From Mobula hypostoma (taxonomy: Eukaryota): a stretch of DNA of 64,000 nucleotides. The translations under genes and the position numbers were made by a program. The stretch lies in contig NC_086097.1 in assembly GCF_963921235.1 (NCBI RefSeq), forward strand, positions 200,324,001 to 200,388,000. The letters are read 5' to 3'. Position 1 is the first letter of the stretch. Each line of letters starts with the position of its first letter. Below, piece by piece: positions 48,501 to 59,289 of this stretch. The notes under the pieces are model-generated. The model did no database searches. It was given only the letters and a program-made list of their open reading frames with translations, and had not been told where the DNA came from.

Positions 48501-49800
48501 TGCCCTTTTGTTTATCCTTCCTTGGTCTCTTTCACCAATCAACTTCCTAGCTCTTTGCTTCATCCCTCCATCTCCATGTTTTACCTATCGCCTGGTGTTT
48601 CTCTCTCCCCTCCCCACACCTTTCAAATCTGATCCTCAGCTTTTCTTCTCCAGTCCTACTGAAGGGTTTCAGCCCAAAACGTCAACTATACTTTTTTCCA
48701 TAGATGCTACCTGGCCTACTGAGTTCCTCCAGCATTTTGTGTATGTTAATCAGATTTCCAGCATCTGCAGATTTTCTCATTTGTGATTAGAAACCCTAAT
48801 CACTACAGGTTAGCATTACTTGACTATAGATTATAGATATCCCATCAGTAATACAATGCTCCATATCTAGCTGCCACACTCAGGGGGGAGGAGGTGGAGG
48901 CATTACTGGAAGTTTGAAAAATCGATGTTCATGCCATCAATTCCATTCCGATATGTCCACCCATTTCAATTCATCTTCCCATTCCCATTCCGATATGTCC
49001 ATCCATAGCTTCCTCCATTGTCCTGATGAGGCCACACTTAGGTTGGAGGAACAACACCTTATATTCCCTTTGGATAACCTCCAACGTGATGGCATGGACA
49101 TTGATTTCTCAAACTTCCAGTAATGCCTCCACTGCACCCCCTCCCCCTTCACCATTTCCCATCCCCTTTCCTCTCTCATGTTATCTCCTTGCCCATCCAT
49201 CGCCTCCGTCTAGTGCTCCTCTCTCCCCACCCCCTTCTTTCTTCCATGGTCTTCTGTCTCTTTCACCAATCAACTACTTAGCTCATTGCTTCATCCCTCC
49301 CCCTCCAAGTTTCACCTATCGCCTGGCGTTTATCTCTTCCTTCCCCCCACCTTTCAATCCTACTCTTCAAGCTTTTTTTTCTCCCAATCCTGCCAAAGGG
49401 TTTCAGCCTGAAACTTCGACTGTACTTTTTCCATAGTTGCTGCCTGACCTGCTGAGTTCCTCCAGCATTTTGTGTGTGTTGATGTGATAGGTGAAGCCAG
49501 GTGGTTGGGAGAGGAGGGGGGATGATGCAGGAAGCTGGAAGCTGATAAGTGGAAAAGGCTGGAAAAGAAGGAATCTGACAGGAGAGGAGAATGGATCATG
49601 GGAGAAAGGAAAAGATGAGGGGCAGCAGGAGGAGGTGATAGACAGGTGAGAAGATGAGGTAAGAAGCCAAAATGGGGAAATGAAGAAGAGAGAAGAGAAA
49701 GGGGAAAAAATTGCCGGAAGTTGGAGAAATCAACATTCATGCCATCAGCTTGAAGGCTACATATATGGAATATGAGGTGTTGCTCCTCCAAACTGAGAAT
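48500..49800. mobile_element. Cluster of Penelope-like 3'/pLTR fragments in both orientations
   Basis: EATLRLEEQHLIF...DGMDIDFSNF motifs on both strands. Confidence 0.85.
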
Positions 49801-50120
49801 GGTTTTTCTTTTCCTACATTAGCCGCATATTCCTCCATTAAATGCTTTTTAAATGTCACCTCCTCGGACAATTCATTCCAGATAATCACCAACCTCTGTG
49901 TGAAAAACTTAACCCCAGATCCCCTTTAAATTTCTTCCCTCTCACCTTGAATCTGTGACACCTAGTTCCATACTTTCCTGCCATAGGACGAACACCATAA
50001 ATATCTGTTTATCTATACATAGACACAGATTTTGCAGACACTGGGACTCTAGAGTAACAAACAAAAAATGCAGGAGAAACTCAGCAGGTCAGACATCTCA
50101 ATGGAGGGGAACAAACAGTT

Positions 50121-51920
50121 ACAACAGGAATTCTGCAGATGCTGGAAATTCAAGCAACACACATCAAAGTTGCTGGTGAACGCAGCAGGTCAGGCAGCAT
50201 CTGTAGGAAGAGGTGCAGTCGACGTTTCAGGCCGAGACCCTTCGTCAGGACTAACTGAAGGAAGAGTGAGTAAGGGATTTGAAAGTTGGAGGGGGAGGGG
50301 GAGATCCAAAATGATAGGAGAAGACAGGAAGGGGAGGGATAGAGCCAAGAGCTGGACAGGTGATAGGCAAAAGGGGATATGAGAGGATCATGGGACAGGA
50401 GGTCCGGGAAGAAAGACAAGGGGGCGGGGGAACCCAGAGGATGGGCAAGAGGTATATTCAGAGGGACAGAGGGAGAAAAAGGAGAGTGAGAGAAAGAATG
50501 TGTGCATAAAAATAAGTAACAGATGGGGTACGAGGGGGAGGTGGGGCCTTAGCGGAAGTTAGAGAAGTCGATGTTCATGCCATCAGGTTGGAGGCTACCC
50601 AGACGGAATATAAGGTGTTGTTCCTCCAACCTGAGTGTGGCTTCATCTTTACAGTAGAGGAGGCCGTGGATAGACATGTCAGAATGGGAATGGGATGTGG
50701 AATTAAAATGTGTGGCCACTGGGAGATCCTGCTTTCTCTGGCGGACAGAGCGTAGATGTTCAGCAAAGCGGTCTCCCAGTCTGCGTTGGGTCTCGCCAAT
50801 ATATAAAAGGCCACATCGGGAGCACCGGACGCAGTATGTCACCCCAGTCGACTCACAGGTGAAGTGTTGCCTCACCTGGAAGGACTGTTTGGGGCCCTGA
50901 ATGGTGGTAAGGGAGGAAGTGTAAGGGCATGTGTAGCACTTGTTCCGCTTACACGGATAAGTGCCAGGAGGGAGATCAGTGGGGAGAGATGGGGGGGACG
51001 AATTGACGAGGGAGTTGCGTAGGGAGCGATCCCTGCGGAATGCAGAGAGAGGGGGGGAGGGAAAGATGTGCTTAGTGGTGGGATCCCGTTGGAGGTGGCG
51101 GAAGTTACGGAGAATAATATGTTGGACCTGGAGGCTGGTGGGGTGGTAGGTGAGGACCAGGGGAACCCTATTCCTAGTGGGGTGGCGGGAGGATGGAGTG
51201 AGAGCAGATATACGTGAAATGGGGAAGTGTGTTTAAGAGCAGAGTTGATAGTGGAGGAAGGGAAGCCCCTTTCTTTAAAAAAGGAAGACATTTCCCTTGT
51301 CCTAGAATGAAAAGCCTCATCCTGAGAGCAGATGCGGCAGAGACGGAGGAATTGCGAGAAGGGGATGGCGTTTTTGCAAGAGACAGGGTGAGAAGAGGAA
51401 TAGTCCAGATAGCTGTGAGAGTCAGTAGGCTTATAGTAGACATCAGTGGATAAGCTGTCTCCAGAGACAGAGACAGAAAGATCTAGAAAGGGGAGGGAGG
51501 TGTCGGAAATGGACCAGGTAAACTTGAGGGCAGGGTGAAAGTTGGAAGCAAAGTTAATAAAGTCAACGAGTTCTGCATGCGTGCAGGAAGCAGCGCCAAT
51601 GCAGTTGTCGATGTAGCGAAGGAAAAGTGGGGGACAGATACCAGAATAGGCACGGAACATAGATTGTTCCACAAACCCAACAAAAAGGCAGGCATAGCTA
51701 GGACCCATACGGGTGCCCATAGCTACACCTTTAGTTTGGAGGAAGTGGGAGAAGCCAAAGGAGAAATTATTAAGAATAAGGACTAATTCCGCTAGACGGA
51801 GCAGAGTGGTGGTAGAGGGGAACTGATTAGGTCTGGAATCCAAAAAGAAGCATAGAGCTTTGAGACCTTCCTGATGGGGGATGGAAGTATATAGGGACTG
51901 GACATCCAACCTTCCTGATG
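50121..51920 (-). mobile_element. Young 5'-truncated Penelope-like element (Neptune-type): RT, Cys linker, GIY-YIG, pLTR
   Basis: MDVQSLYTSIP, QTKGVAMGTRMGP, RYIDN, VYYKPTD; GVTYCVRCSRCGLLYIGET; frameshift near 51220; 15-bp TSD GGGGAACAAACAGTT (50106-50120 and 51921-51935). Confidence 0.95.
50217..50252 (-). ncRNA. Minimal type I hammerhead ribozyme motif in the Penelope pLTR
   Basis: AGUC-CUGACGA-AGG(GUCUCGG)CCU-GAAAC-GUC-GACU: intact core, helix I AGUC/GACU, helix II AGG/CCU, palindromic ACGU in place of helix III. Confidence 0.8.
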
Positions 51921-53222
51921 GGGGAACAAACAGTTGATGTTTTGGTCTGAGACCCTTCCTCAGGAATTATCTGTAGATTATCAGGACTATCTTATCTGTG
52001 CCCCTACTAATTTTATAAATCTCTATATGGTCACTCCTCAGCCTCCCATGTTCCAGTGACATTAAACCCAGCCTATCCAATCAATCACTCTATGTAACAG
52101 CAGCCTATGTTCCAGGCAACATCCTGGTGAATATTATCTGCATTCACTCGATTGCTTCCACCTCCTTCTTGCAGTATAATGACCAGAAGTGAACACAATA
52201 TTCCATATGCAGTCTCACTCATATTTGCTCCAACTACAACATGACACTCCAACAAATATAATCAATGCTTCAGCCTTTGAAGGCAAGCATACCAAATATC
52301 TTCACTACTTTAGCACCTTCTGGTAAGATGGCGCTGTACTCTGATGCAGTGGCTTCTACGGGATCAACCAAAGGTATTATTGTCTTTTTCGAACATATTT
52401 TCATTTATGATCCCAAGACCCTGCTGGACATTAAGAACTTAAAGTCCTGCAGGTCTATCCCATCAACGAATTGCTCATTGGTAGAGAAACTGAAGGAGCT
52501 GAACTAGGTGTGGATCATGATGCTGCCTGTGACAATTTGTGATTTCTGCACAGTGAGCTTTTTGAATTCCAGCATTTTCAAGTCTTTCATTTAAAAATAA
52601 ATTACTCTATTTTCCTTTTCAAAGTGAATAACCGCATTTCTTCATAAATTTTTCATACACCAGAATTTTATTTATTTAGTTATTATTCGTATAACTTTTA
52701 ACGGTGTCCTTGCAATCTCCTCACCACTTATTCCCACTTAGCGTTACCTTATCAGTAATCTCAGATAGATCGGATGGCACCCTCAAAGTTATTTTTATAG
52801 CTCAATCAACTGATGTCAAACCTCTCTCCTCTCTCTACCCAATTATTTGCAGCCTGATGACAAGACTTCACTCTTTCCTGTCCATTAAGCAATCTTTATT
52901 CCATGCAATCACAAGAGCCTTCATCTTGTATTTTTATAGAAATATTCCCTATGATGCTGCACAGTACTAACAGAATATTCTATTGAAATACAAAAAGTGG
53001 TATCCCATATTGATTGAAAAACCAAGTGATGCTAAGATCTATATAAACATGTTTCTGCACGTGGTTGTGTAAAAATATACAAGTTCTCTGTGAAAGTCAA
53101 GTTTGCTCACACAAATGTGCTTACTATATTCCTTTCCATAAATCTGTGTTTGTTCTGTATGGTCATGCAAATAAATTGCACAGTCACATTACTGCCTATA
53201 TTAGATTCTAGAATTTTCTCAC

Positions 53223-53308
53223 CTGTTAATAGTAGTAAGGGAGACAGCCTTAATTTCCCAGTTTTCCAGTTCCTTTCTTTCTTGAATAACAAGATTACAT
53301 TCTTGCAT
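53223..53308 (-). CDS. Candidate exon (MQ)ECNLVIQERKELENWEIKAVSLTTIN(S), OB1-like
   Basis: Strong donor CAG|GTGAGA, phase 2, matching the next exon. Starts at ATG 53308 or at a pyrimidine-rich acceptor at 53301. Confidence 0.5.
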
Positions 53309-54009
53309 ACCAAAACAAGAGAATTATGAATATCAAGCCATTTGCTTAGTCTACTCCACACCCATTTTACAACCGTATCATGCTCATTTGTCATCTCTTA
53401 TAACAGTCTTCCTTTATTGTTACTAGTTTAAATAACTCATTCCCTCCGGATAATTTGTTCCCCATTACTTCTAGAACGTTTATTCCATCTTCTACTATTG
53501 ACAATTGTCAATTTCCAGTTACTTATGAACTGGGTGAATGACCCTACAGGTCCTGATGAAAGGTCTTGGCCCAAAACGTCAACTGGTTACTCTTTTCTGC
53601 TGAGCTCTTCCAGCATTTTGTGTGAGTTAATATGCAAGTTTCTATTTACTTACTTATAATTTGTAAAGCCCTCAAGATGATGATGTATAAATAGATGAAT
53701 AAAACTTTGAAGTTCAAACAAAACTACTCCACCTATCATCGTTAACAAATATTATTACACTAGAGTAATGACTATGATCTGGTTAAGTAGATTACTTTCT
53801 TAAAAAGTAATCTGAAACTAGCAGTGAGAAGGACATTTTGTAAAAGCTACAAGTTCTTGCTTCTGTTCCTTCATCAAATTTCGCCAGCTTTCTCCAACCT
53901 CACTAAATAATGATGTTGTCATGCCAGAGATGAATCATCTCCTGTGGATAGTTTTGTCAAGTTCAATAAGATGGAGCACATCCACCAATAAAACTTGCAG
54001 AAAATCAAT

Positions 54010-55400
54010 TTCAAAGTTGAAAAGTTCGAAGTAAATTTATTATTAAAGTACATGTACGTCACCATATACAACACAGATTCATTTTCTTGTGGGCATAATT
54101 AATAAATCCATAACAGAAATATAATAGAATCTATGAAAGACTGCACAATGAGAATTCAACCAATGTGCAAAACATGACAAACTATGCAAGTACAAAAAGA
54201 AATAAATAATAACAATAAATAAATAAGCAATAAATATTGAGAACAAGAGATGAAGAGCCCTTGAAAGAGAGTCCATAGGTTATGAGAACATTTCGCTGAT
54301 GGTGCGAGTAAAGTTATCCCCTTTGTTTCAAAAGCCTGATGGTTGGGTGGGGGGTATTAACTGTTCCTGAACCTGGTAGTGCGAGTCCTGAGGCTCCTGT
54401 ACCTTCTTCCTGATGGCAGCAGCAAGAAGACAGCACGTGCTGGGTAGTGGGGTCCCTGATGATGGATGCTTCTTTCCTGCGACAGTGACATGTGCTCAAT
54501 GGTGAGGAGGGCTTTAGCTGCAATGGACTGGGCTGTATCCATTAGTTTTTGTAGGATTTTCTGTTCAAGGGCATTGATATGCATACCAGGCTGTGATGCA
54601 ACCAGTCTATATACTCTCCACTACATTTCTATAGAAGATTGTTGAAGTTTTAGATGTCATGCTGAATCTTTATAAACTTTTCATAAGTAGAAGCATTGCG
54701 GTGTTTTCCTTCCTAATTGCACTTATGTGTTGGGCCCAGGACAAGTCCTCCAAAATGATAACGCTGAGGAATTTAAAGTTGCTGACCCTCTTTATCTCTG
54801 ATCCTCTGATGAGGACTGGGCCATAGACCTCTGGTTTCCTCCTCCTGAAGTCAATAATTAGCTCCTTGGTCTTGCTGACATTGAGTGAGAGCTTGTTGCT
54901 GTAGTACCACTCAGCCAGATTTTCAATCTCCCTCCTGTATGTTGATTTGTAAACATCTTTGATTCGGCCAACAACAGTAGTGTTGTCAGAAAACTTGAAT
55001 ATGGCATTGAAGCTGTGCTTAGCCACGCAGTCATAAATGTGAAGCGAGTAGAGCAGGGGGCTAAGCACACAGCCTTATATAGTGCCACTGTGCTGATAGA
55101 AATTGGGAAGGAGATGTTGTTCCCAATATGAACTGACTGAAGTCTGCAAGTGAGGAAACAGAGGATCCAATTGCACTGGGAAGCATTGAGACCGAAAACT
55201 TGAAGCCTATTGATTGGTTTTGAAGGCACAATAGTTTTGAATGCTGAGCTGCAGTTGATAAACAGCATTCTGACGTATGTACCTTTGCTGTCCAGATGTT
55301 CCATGGTTGAGTGAAGAGCCAGTGGAATGGCATCTACTATGGACTGGTTGCTCCGGTAGGCAAACTGGAGCAGATCCTAGTCACTTCTTTGGCAAGAGTT
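54010..55400 (-). mobile_element. Decayed Rex1/Babar-like LINE
   Basis: HLDSKGTYVRMLF, LSPLLYSL, KFSDNTTVVG and LNVSKTKELIIDFRR motifs. Confidence 0.9.
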
Positions 55401-55739
55401 TAGGATCTGCAGCATCTAAGTTAGAGTAGGTCTCACCAAGACCTATCCACATGAAAAAGAACAGATGTTAATGATTGGAGAAACTTGACCTAATTTAAAC
55501 TCTGTCCACCAACTCCCTAATACTCTAAGGTCATTGACACATTTCAAATTCAAAGACGGATTAATTTCTGAAACAAGTCATTATCACTCAGTAAAACCAA
55601 TTGACTCAAGTCCTGAATGGATGAATTTTCATTGATCAATGTTCGATTAGGCAGGACAGGAATTCCCCTCATTGAAGGTCTAATTTAACAATGCAGCACT
55701 GGAGAGAATCTAAAATCAATAGTGTTGTCATTGTTGTTT

Positions 55740-55875
55740 CTTTCTGCACCTTGCGGTGCATCGGCTGGCAACCTTGTCATTTCTTTAGCAATTTTGTCTG
55801 GTTTTTTATGAGGCCGAGTTACTAGCTTGACACTCAGCCCAGCATGGATGGAAAGCATGCAAGGAGCCAGCCGGA
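55740..55875 (-). mobile_element. SINE fragment related to 17941-18225
   Basis: Reverse complement shares gctttccatc..tgagtgtcaag..aactcg with the young SINE. Confidence 0.6.
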
Positions 55876-56830
55876 CTAATCTTACCCCCCTCCTCCTGCC
55901 ACTCCACCATGGATAGGGTTCCTCTTGTCCTCACCTACCACTCCACCAGACTCCGCGTCAGCAAATAATTCTCTGAAACTTCTGCCGTCTCCAATGGGAT
56001 CCCACCACAAAGCACATCTCCCCCCCCCCCAACTTTATGCTTTCTGCTGGGATCACTCCCTACACAACTCCCTTGTCCATTCGTCCCTCCCCACTGATCT
56101 CCCTCTTGGCACTTATCCTTGCAAGAGGATTAAGTACTATACCTGCCCCTACACCTCCTCCCTCACTACCATTCAGGGCCCCAAACATTCCTTCCAGGTG
56201 AGGTGAAACTTCACTGGTGAGTCTTTTGGGGTCATTTATTATGTTCAGTGCTCCCAGTGTGGCCTCCTGTACATCGGTGAGACCCGACATAGATTGGGAG
56301 ACTGCTTCACCAAGCATCTATGCTCTGTCTGCCAGAACAAGCGGGATCTCCCAGTGGCCACCCATTCTATTTCCACTTCCCATTCCCACTCTGATATGTC
56401 CAACCAAGGCTTCTTCCACTGTCGTGATCGGGCCACACTTAGGTTGGATTATATTTTATGTGGGGAGCCTCTAACCTAATGGCATGAACATCAATTTCTC
56501 AAACTTCCGGTAATGCCCCCCAACATTCTCCATTTCCCATCCCCTTTTCCCTTGTCACCTCATCTCCTTGCCTGCCCATCACCTCTCTCTGCTGCTCCTT
56601 CCCCTATTTTCTTTCTTCCATCCCCTTCTGTCTCTTTCACCAATCAACTTCCCACTCTTTACTTCATCCCTCCCCCTCCAGATCTCACCTACCACCTGGT
56701 GGTTCTCTCCTCCCTCCCATCCACCTTTAAAATCTACTCCTCAGCTTTTTCTCTCCAGTCCTGCCAAAGGGTTTCGACCTGAAACATCGACTGTACTTTC
56801 CTCCCCCAGATACTTCCTGGCCTGCTGAGA
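55876..56830 (+). mobile_element. Decayed Penelope-like 3' part
   Basis: GTYPCKRIKYYTCPYT linker, GIY-YIG remnants and pLTR. Confidence 0.88.
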
Positions 56831-57179
56831 TTCTAGCCTAGGACTACCTGCCTCGAGGTCCAGTGTGGATTCCCCAACCCAACCAGCTGGCTAGTGTTGT
56901 CTTCACAGTATCCTAAATATATATGGGTCGTGAAATTTGATGCTATTGTTATTCTTTTGTGAATGAAAAACAGGTACTTTGAATCAAATGATCATGAAAT
57001 ACGCTGCTGAATACAGGCAACTGGGCAAGTGTTGAGCCATTTATTTTCAAATGTAAAGAGCCATGGGTATTTTAGGCCATCGTTGCAAAATAGGTTAGCT
57101 GGATATAGGGGAAGAAACACACATACATAACACCACAAATATTTTCTTTGCAACTGTACTCTAATAATCCTAAATTTGG

Positions 57180-57585
57180 AGGAGCATGCCTTATGAGAAT
57201 AGGTTGAGTGAACTCAGCCTTTTCTCATTGGAGCGACAGAGGATGAGAGGTGACCTGATAGAGGTGTACAAGATAATGAGGGGCATTGATCATGTGGATA
57301 GTCAGAGGCTTTTTCCCAGGGCTGAAATGGCTAGCACGCGAGGGCATAATTTTACGGTGCTTGGAAGTAGGTACAGAGGAGATGTCAGGGGTAAGTTGTG
57401 TTTTTTTTACGCAGAGAATGGTGAATGCATGGAATGGGCTGCTGGCGATGGTGGTGGAGGTGGAAACAATAGGGTCTTTTAAGAGACTCCTGGATGGATA
57501 CATGGAGCTTAGAAAAATAGAGGGCTATGGGTTCTATGGTAAGGAGATGTTCGGCCTGTATTGTGCTGTAGGTTTTCTATGTTCC
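57180..57585 (+). mobile_element. CR1 3' fragment
   Basis: ORF 57186-57482 LFSLERQRMRGDLIEVYKI. Confidence 0.9.
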
Positions 57586-58369
57586 TGTGTAAGTCTTCGG
57601 AAACTACAGTTTTGTATGTGCAAACCAGATTTCCAATGGCACTGCACCAGCCACATTTATAAACCTCCACATCCATAGGCATATTTTTAAATATCCTGGG
57701 AAACAGACTCCAAGATAAAGGTTATTCTGGGTGTTATATTATAATGGTTTAACCTAGTAATTATATTCCTACAGGTAAAACCATGCACAAAATCACTCCT
57801 TAATGCCGAAACATACTGCCTCTAATGTATTCCTGTCCTTTGGGAGAATTACAATAATTTAGTTTGACAGAAAATAATTGCCTTGTTCCTAGCTTTTAAA
57901 TTTAACTTATGTAATAATACTAAGAACAGCCACAAATCGTTCAATTTAGCCATTTGTCTATTTCCAGCTGCTAATAATTCTCTTTTCCCCCCAAATGTTA
58001 CAATATTTTCCCCCTGTAAATGATTTAAGATGGATTTTATTTCCTTGATGGTTATCTAGTCAGTTTGTGAAAGGCTAAAATAACCACAGTCCCCAATTTC
58101 TAATCATTAGTGTATGAATCTCAGTGCACACAATGGGAAGTCGACAGATGACAGCTCAGTTTTAATGCCTCCCTCTAGTGGAGTAATGTGTGGAGTAAGT
58201 TTTGGCAGATGATTTAGAAAGTTGAGCTCCATGTGTAAGCTGTGAATTTCTGCAACAAAGCATTGGTATATGTGCACTGGGATATATATCATAAGTCTGT
58301 AAATTTGCACATTTGATCATAAATAAAACTGATTTCTGAACTAGAGCTGTAACTCTAGAAGAAAGACAA

Positions 58370-59080
58370 GAATTGAATTGAATTGACTTTATTACTTACA
58401 TCATATACATGAGGAGTAAAAATCTTTATGTCACATCTCCATCTGAATGTGCAATGTGTAATTATAGTAACTTACAACAAATATTATGTACAACAGGATA
58501 GTGAATATAACATAGAAATACAGTTGCATCAGCATGAATTAAGCAGTTTGATGGCCTGGTGGAAGAAGCCGTCCCAGAGCCTGTTAGTCCTGGTTTTTAT
58601 GCTATGGTACCATTTCCCAGATGGTAGCAGCTGGAACAGTTTGTGGTTGGGGTGACTTGGGTCCCCAGTGATCCTTCAGGCCCTTTTTATATATCTGTCT
58701 TTGTAAATGTCCTGAATCGTGGGAAGTTCACAGCCACAGATACACTGGGCTGTCTGCACAACTCTCTGCAGAGTCCTGCGATTGAGGGAATTATAGTTCC
58801 CATATCAGGCAGTAATGCAGCCAGTTAGGATGCTCTCAATCGTGAAAATTCTTCAAATTTGGGGGGCCATACCAGACTTCTTCAGCCATCTGAGGTGAAA
58901 GAAGAGGCGCTGTTGTGCCTTTTTCACCACACAGCCGGTACGTACAGACCAGGTGAGATCCTCAGTGATGTTTATGCCGAGGAACTTAAAGCTGTTCACC
59001 CTCTCAACCCCAGATCCATTTATGTCTATAGGGGTTAGCCTGTCTCCATTCCCCCTGTAGTCCACAACCAGCTCCTTTGT
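58370..59080 (-). mobile_element. Rex1-like 3' fragment
   Basis: VERVNSFKFLGINITEDLTWS...KKAQQRL. Confidence 0.88.
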
Positions 59081-59289
59081 TACCTACTATCTACCCCCAT
59101 TTTCTTTTTTACAAAATTATGCCCTCCTGTATTAGCCATTGCTGCTCAGGTAAAAAGGTGCTGACTGTCTACTCAATCTATGCCTCTTATCATCTTATAC
59201 ATGGCTATGAAGTCACCACTCATGCTCCAAAGAGAAAAGATGGGTAAACTATTTTTTTGTTGTCTGTAAATTCTTCGTCCTTAATTCAG

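Larger units (their letters stand above)
1117..53308 (-). pseudogene. Multi-exon, highly divergent POT1-like (OB-fold ssDNA-binding) gene model with inactivating lesions
   Basis: About 13 AG..GT-bounded minus-strand segments with matching phases at all junctions but one. Motifs are collinear with POT1 as recalled (by-eye comparison). In-frame stops at 25002-25004, 14706-14708 and 9612-9614; +1 nt in the T7 run at 7586-7592; terminal TGA at 1176-1178 and AATAAA at 1117-1122. Confidence 0.55.

Noticed and set aside
58130..58249. Possible first coding exon MELNFLNHLPKLTPHITPLEGG (TPL..GG similar to the POT1 N-terminus)
   Set aside because: Good acceptor, but no convincing donor joins the 53301 acceptor without creating a stop; left out of the model.
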